Assembly (NCBI GenBank): GCA_934476075.1
Contig: CAKSNH010000013.1
Span: forward strand, 1 to 64,000
Reading direction: 5' to 3'
Source of the DNA: an uncultured Clostridia bacterium
Lineage (GTDB): Bacteria; Bacillota; Clostridia; UBA1381
DNA length: 64,000 bases
In this document: one piece after another, positions 59,140-64,000 of the stretch
How positions within the stretch are numbered: the stretch's first letter is position 1
Layout of the letters: each line of letters begins with the position of its first letter
Made by a program: the position numbers and the translations under genes
Notes under the pieces: generated by a model
What the model saw: the letters and a program-made list of their open reading frames with translations, nothing else
Databases searched by the model: none
Told to the model about the DNA's origin: nothing

Positions 59140-59858
59140 AATATGTCCCCCAGATAAAGCGTAAATAAATTATTTATATGAGCCAGATAGCGTTTGCTGA
59201 TTGGAATTTGTGTGTGGTTTTCCAGAAATACGGTTTGTTTTTCGATTTTAAAAATTTTAGTAAGATTAACTATATAGCTTTGGTGACAGCGTGCAAAAAT
59301 ATCCGTGTCAAGCTGTTTTTCGAGTTCGGACAGTTTCAGTGAGTGCAGCAGCTGAGTTCCGTTTGAAAATGCAGCTGTAATATTATGTGCAGAGCTTTCA
59401 AAGTAGAATATATCATCAAAATTAAGTCTTATTATAGATTTTTTTGTTTTTATGCAAAGTGAAGTATTTCTGATTTTATCGGCAGCTTTTAAAGCCTTTT
59501 CAAGTGCATTGTTAAAATGGTGTTCGTTAAACGGTTTTTTCAGAAAATATACATGTTCGGTTTCATAGACGTTTTCGTAATAATCGGAATACCCCGACAT
59601 AAATATTATTATAATGTTTGGATATTTATTGTGCAGCTCCTTAACAATGTCAATGCCGTTTTCGTGGCTGTTTTCAAGCACAATATCCATAAAAATTATA
59701 TATACATCATGATTATTGCAATTTGAAAATAATTCGTACAGTGCATTTCTGTTTTCTGCCGTAAATATATCATGGCTGACCGTACAATGTTTATTAATCA
59801 GATTTTTTAAATATCGAGTATGTTCTTTAATATCATCGCAAACAATAAAATTAATCAT
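59133..59858 (-). CDS. LytTR-family response regulator (AgrA/VirR-like). Overlaps the downstream kinase gene by 7 nt.
   Basis: REC domain (MINFIVCDD...) and LytTR DNA-binding domain (FARCHQSYIVNLTKI...). Confidence 0.8.
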   Translation of the reverse strand: MINFIVCDDIKEHTRYLKNLINKHCTVSHDIFTAENRNALYELFSNCNNHDVYIIFMDIVLENSHENGIDIVKELHNKYPNIIIIFMSGYSDYYENVYETEHVYFLKKPFNEHHFNNALEKALKAADKIRNTSLCIKTKKSIIRLNFDDIFYFESSAHNITAAFSNGTQLLHSLKLSELEKQLDTDIFARCHQSYIVNLTKIFKIEKQTVFLENHTQIPISKRYLAHINNLFTLYLGDILC

Positions 59859-60489
59859 AAGTTCCCCCGCAATTTACAATTATATTAATAATTATATTCT
59901 GACAATAAAATAATGTCAATGCAAATAGCACTAAAAATATTATTTTTTCGACATGAAAAAATGATAAACGGAGCTAAATTTGCTTTTTTAAAGGCTAATT
60001 TTGCGTATAACTTGATTTGTTATATTTTTTTATGATAAATTAAAAAGGAGTAAAAGTAATAATTTTATTGCAAATAGTTAAATTAACGGAGGGGATTTAT
60101 GAAAAGGATAATAAGTTTTATAGTAATTCCAAAAAAAATAAAAAAATTTTAAAAATGTAGGTTTGTCAATGATGTGTTACACAATCGGTCAAAAAATTTC
60201 GCCGTCTTGCAGGAAAGCTTTAATGTAATCAACAGGGGCTTTCCAATTAAGAGGACGCATAGGAAACGGAAAAATATTTCAACAGTGTTGAAATGCAGAA
60301 CAAGGCAACCATCGTTGCCTACGAAAAATCTAAGGGATGGAGGTAGCAGCATAGATAATTATTTACAATTTGTAAGCGACGTATGTGTCTTATCATAATG
60401 TTACAGATTACACGAATGTTAAGTCGATTACCAACTCGTGTACTGATATTAAAGAAAAATTATAACTGTAGAAAGTTGAGGGGAAATTT

Positions 60490-61509
60490 ATGTATTGTAA
60501 ATTTTGCGGAAAAGAAATTGATGATAACAATTTATTTTGCAATCATTGCGGAAGGACATTACAAAGTACCAACAGTAAAGAAATTGGCAAGAATACTAAA
60601 ATCAACAAAAAAGCGATAACAGACCATTTGGAACAGGTAAAAATACTTGAAACAAGAATTTTTACCTTAGACAATATGATAGGTGTTCTAAACGATAAAA
60701 TACTGGAGCTGAGAAGTGAGCCGTTTGTAGAGAATATATACTTAGACAATCATGACCTTGTGTTATGGCCGTTTTGGGTGGTCTTCCCTATTGCTCTGTT
60801 GATAATGGCAGCTTTAACTGGTGACTTTATTGGTACCATATTGTGCATATTAAGCGTAATTCTGATGTTTTTTTCAGATACAGTAATGGAAGCGGTTATT
60901 TCAAGTCTTGCTATTGCTGCTGGGGCAGTAGTTTTGATAAATATAATCGGAGCAGTAATAGCGGCAATACGTAATACAAAAATAAGAAAACAATATAAGA
61001 ATTATGTCAATAACATACAAACACAACACAAAATAGACTTGACACAGGCAAGTGCAATAGAAAAGAATAAAAGGTTGTTAATTGATAAAAGAAAAAAGGC
61101 ATCTGTTTATTTGAAAAAAATATACGGAGCCAATATCATATACCCCAAATACAGGAATCTCATTGCCGTTTTATCTATATATGAGTATTTTGTATCAGGG
61201 CGTTGTGATGAACTTACAGGACATGAAGGAGCTTATAACATATACGAAAGCGAATTGAGATTGAACAGAATAATCAACACTTTAGATGATATACTGTATC
61301 GTCTTGATGAAATAAAACAGAATCAGTATTATTTGTATCAGGCTCTGTGTGATACGAGAAATATGATAGATAGTTTATCAAGTGAAATGAATTCTATTTC
61401 TTCGGGAATGTCAAGGATAGAAAACAGTGCAAGCATATCAGCGTATAATACCAGAATTGCTGCTGAAGATACCAAATTGCTTACATATATGAACTTGATG
61501 CAGTTATGA
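60490..61509 (+). CDS. Hypothetical zinc-ribbon membrane protein (N-terminal ribbon, ~3 TM, C-terminal coiled-coil domain).
   Basis: MYCKFCGKEIDDNNLFCNHCG, then hydrophobic segments, then a heptad-rich C-terminus. Confidence 0.45.
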   Translation: MYCKFCGKEIDDNNLFCNHCGRTLQSTNSKEIGKNTKINKKAITDHLEQVKILETRIFTLDNMIGVLNDKILELRSEPFVENIYLDNHDLVLWPFWVVFPIALLIMAALTGDFIGTILCILSVILMFFSDTVMEAVISSLAIAAGAVVLINIIGAVIAAIRNTKIRKQYKNYVNNIQTQHKIDLTQASAIEKNKRLLIDKRKKASVYLKKIYGANIIYPKYRNLIAVLSIYEYFVSGRCDELTGHEGAYNIYESELRLNRIINTLDDILYRLDEIKQNQYYLYQALCDTRNMIDSLSSEMNSISSGMSRIENSASISAYNTRIAAEDTKLLTYMNLMQL

Positions 61510-61547
61510 ATATATAGATTGATTCAATTTGATGAAGCTATGAGAGT

Positions 61548-61572
61548 GGAGATTTGATTTTTTCAAATCTCC
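61548..61572 (+). terminator. Perfect 10-bp hairpin downstream of the 60490 gene (terminator-like; weak T tail).
   Basis: GGAGATTTGA-TTTTTT-TCAAATCTCC. Confidence 0.4.
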
Positions 61573-61795
61573 ATCTTGACATTAAAATGATCGGCATTAA
61601 ATCAAAGACTTTTCTATACCGTTTAGATCTATATAAGCAAGCTAAAAGGTATTGAAAAATCTGTGGATTAACAGTTTTCGATTTCTCGGTAAATTGCCAT
61701 AGTGTCAAATGAAATCAATGGGAGGGAGGTGAAATTTATGAGCAAATTATTTATATCCCCCAACGAGCTGGACATGATCTCCGATGCTTTGATGC

Positions 61796-62569
61796 GTGAG
61801 GAAAAAAGTAGAGGAACAGCATGCTATTCTTATACTGCTTCAAGTTCGTGGGGTTGTAGGCGTTGGGACTGCATACAGCGGAGATGAGGTTACGGCGAAT
61901 GTAATTTTGAATGATGCAAAGTCGGTGTATGACGGAAATTTCAATGTTGTTTATGATAATGCGGTATTAAAATTAGAGAGTTACAATATCTGTTCGGCAC
62001 TGTCGGCGAGCAGTGTGCAAGTGAACACAGAGTATGGCGAGAATAAGGCGAGAGTGACATTTGCAGGTACGTCCGAGGTGAATACCGGAACGATGGTTTC
62101 GTTTGTATTTAAAGTTATTTCCGATAATAAAGAAACAGCTGCATTGGAAATATCAGATGCAAATATGTATAATGTATCCGGCAACAGTCTTGATACAACT
62201 GTTCAAAATACAAATATAACAATCAAGAAAAGCGATTATACAATCAACAGTATATATTTGATGAATGAGGATAATGAGTATTTAGATAGGGTTGACGGGT
62301 TGGATAAATTTTATGCGGGAATAAGATTTAATAAAAATTCAGCCGATATGCAGCGTCCGACTATTGTATTTGCAATATATGATGAAAATGATAATTTGGC
62401 GGATATAAAGATTGCCGAAAATCGTTACTCACAGGGTGAGGGGCTTGAATGTGAGGTTATGTTTAATACATTGGGAAATTATACTCCGTCATATATAGCG
62501 GCATTTATATTTGATGATTTTGAGAATATAAAACCAATGTGTGGTAAATTTGTGAGAGAGGATATATAA
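61796..62569 (+). CDS. Cohesin-domain-like protein. The 5' end is uncertain and may be frameshifted relative to the ORF starting at 61702.
   Basis: Beta-sandwich pattern typical of cohesins (GDEVTANVILNDAKSVYDGNFNVVYDNAVLKLES ... GTMVSFVFKVISD). The upstream 61702 ORF, in a different frame, carries the better RBS (GGGAGGGAGG). Confidence 0.45.
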   Translation: MRKKVEEQHAILILLQVRGVVGVGTAYSGDEVTANVILNDAKSVYDGNFNVVYDNAVLKLESYNICSALSASSVQVNTEYGENKARVTFAGTSEVNTGTMVSFVFKVISDNKETAALEISDANMYNVSGNSLDTTVQNTNITIKKSDYTINSIYLMNEDNEYLDRVDGLDKFYAGIRFNKNSADMQRPTIVFAIYDENDNLADIKIAENRYSQGEGLECEVMFNTLGNYTPSYIAAFIFDDFENIKPMCGKFVREDI

Positions 62570-62580
62570 GGTGAGAAAAA

Positions 62581-64000
62581 ATGACAAAAACGGGAATTAA
62601 ATTGATAACTTTTGTATTTGTAATATTTATGATGTCTGTTATGTCGGTTATGGCTGCCGAAAGCGGAACTTGCGGAGATAATCTGACTTGGAAATTGGAA
62701 AGCGGTACATTAACCGTAAGCGGAAATGGAAGTATGAAAAATTATTTATATGGTTCAGTACCATGGGAAGACAGTAAAACAGGTATAAGAAAAGTTGTAA
62801 TAGAAGATGGGGTAACCAATATAGGCACAGGTGCATTCAGAAAATGTACGGGAATTACACAGGCAGTAATAGGTGATGATGTACAAAGTATAGGAGATAG
62901 TGCATTTTACGGCTGTACAGGTTTGCGAAATGTGGAAATGGGAAACGGTGTGACGGATATAGGGCAGAATGTATTTAACGGCTGTACAGGTTTGCAGAGT
63001 ATTACATTGGGAAATAATGTTGAGAATATAGGAAACTCAGCTTTTTGTGATTGCATCGGATTGAAAGAAATTGAAATGGGGAAGAAATTAAAAACAATAA
63101 AAAACAGTGTATTTAGTAATTGTAAGGTGTTAAATAATGTAACTATTCCTGCCGGTGTAACGAGTATAGGAAACAATGCGTTTGAAAAATGTGTTGGGCT
63201 AGAAGAAATATCCATTCCAATCAATGTTAAGAGTATAGGAACGTCTGCTTTTTATAATTGCAGCGGTTTAACGAGTGTCGAAATAGGAAGGGGAATGGAG
63301 GTTATAGCCGAAAAGACATTTCAGGGGTGCACAAGTTTAATAAATGTGACAATACCGGAAAATATAACTGATATAGGCGCAGGTGCGTTTAGCGGTTGTA
63401 CCAAATTGCAGAATGCAGTAATAGGCAGTGGGGTGACCAATATAGGCACAAGCGCATTTAGCCAATGCGGGGGAATGAAGAAAGTATCGATTGGAAAGAA
63501 TGTAGAAAAAATAGGAGGTTCGGCATTTAGTAAATGCAGTAGTTTGGAAGGAGTAACAATTCCGGATAGTGTCAGAGAATTGGGGAATAACGCATTTTTG
63601 CAGTGCACAAGCTTAAAAGGCGTAAAATTAGGTGAAGGGTTAAGTATTATAGACGAGTATACTTTTAAAGGATGCAGCAGCTTAACCGATATAATAATAC
63701 CTGACAATATAACAAGTATTGGAAGTAGTGCGTTTAGCGGTTGTACAGGACTAAAAAATGCAGTAATAGGAAATAATGTAACAATAATAGGAAGCGGTGC
63801 GTTTAGCGGCTGTACAGGTTTAATAAATGTGACAATACCGTCAAGTGTAACGAGTATAAATAACAATGCATTTAATAAGTGTACAAGTTTAAAAAAAGTG
63901 AATATCGGAAATAACGTTACTTTGCTAGGGGCTAATGCTTTTGCAAATTGCAGCAGTCTGACGGATTTGAGAATTCCTGTTAGTGTAACAAGCATAGGAA
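62581..64000 (+). CDS. BspA-type leucine-rich-repeat surface protein. It is partial and continues beyond the window end.
   Basis: Signal peptide MTKTGIKLITFVFVIFMMSVMSVMAA. At least 14 tandem ~23-aa LRR_5 units (NV/IT.IG..AF..C..L..V.I). It is not in the ORF track because no stop codon falls inside the window. Confidence 0.65.
   Translation, partial: MTKTGIKLITFVFVIFMMSVMSVMAAESGTCGDNLTWKLESGTLTVSGNGSMKNYLYGSVPWEDSKTGIRKVVIEDGVTNIGTGAFRKCTGITQAVIGDDVQSIGDSAFYGCTGLRNVEMGNGVTDIGQNVFNGCTGLQSITLGNNVENIGNSAFCDCIGLKEIEMGKKLKTIKNSVFSNCKVLNNVTIPAGVTSIGNNAFEKCVGLEEISIPINVKSIGTSAFYNCSGLTSVEIGRGMEVIAEKTFQGCTSLINVTIPENITDIGAGAFSGCTKLQNAVIGSGVTNIGTSAFSQCGGMKKVSIGKNVEKIGGSAFSKCSSLEGVTIPDSVRELGNNAFLQCTSLKGVKLGEGLSIIDEYTFKGCSSLTDIIIPDNITSIGSSAFSGCTGLKNAVIGNNVTIIGSGAFSGCTGLINVTIPSSVTSINNNAFNKCTSLKKVNIGNNVTLLGANAFANCSSLTDLRIPVSVTSIG

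Noticed and set aside
60174-60398. 74-aa plus-strand ORF upstream of the 60490 gene.
   Set aside because: Basic low-complexity translation and no RBS. It overlaps the hairpin-rich leader and is more plausibly untranslated.
62907-63995. Two minus-strand ORFs (105 aa and 224 aa) near the window end.
   Set aside because: They are antisense to the repeat-rich BspA-LRR gene. The repeat periodicity creates open frames on the opposite strand.

Overview
This window reads as a chromosomal segment from a low-GC, anaerobic Firmicute, probably a Clostridia or Oscillospiraceae-type gut organism. The supporting signals are an Rnf complex, a type III glutamine synthetase, SigI/RsgI, SLH, cohesin and BspA-LRR surface proteins, and gatCAB next to an archaeal-type AspRS.

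The left end carries oriC-proximal style housekeeping genes (mltG, trmR-like, rsmG, a ParB/Noc-like gene). These are followed by a small decayed mobile remnant: two XRE regulators, an ABC-F ATPase and a tyrosine-integrase fragment.

The middle of the window is accessory-like:
- a solute-binding lipoprotein paired with a membrane-anchored LuxR regulator;
- a translationally coupled operon of two small double-zinc-ribbon proteins and a 1317-aa secreted protein that is extraordinarily cysteine-rich and internally repetitive (the most unusual feature here);
- a YdjG/YdjH/YdjI-like (PspA-associated-type) membrane module with no pspA;
- LRR/SLH surface proteins and lipoproteins;
- two tRNAs with recognisable promoters and terminators;
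- a 780-bp ORF-free, hairpin-dense region that may be a large structured RNA.

The right half is mainly housekeeping:
- dxs-like, MATE, mntP, gatCAB-aspS and glnN(GSIII);
- a sigI-rsgI pair whose RsgI ectodomain is made of about 10 tandem 24-aa repeats;
- a Ca/Na exchanger, yebC, rnfCDGEAB, alr-ndoAI-ndoA (mazEF), nnr, acpS and rdgB;
- a VirR/VirS-like LytTR two-component system.

Two short intergenic repeat families were found. Family 1 has about 3.3 copies and family 2 has 3 copies. Both flank a DnaD-like, probably phage-derived gene.

No CRISPR array and no intact transposase were seen. All calls come from reading the sequence and translations only. No database searches were run.
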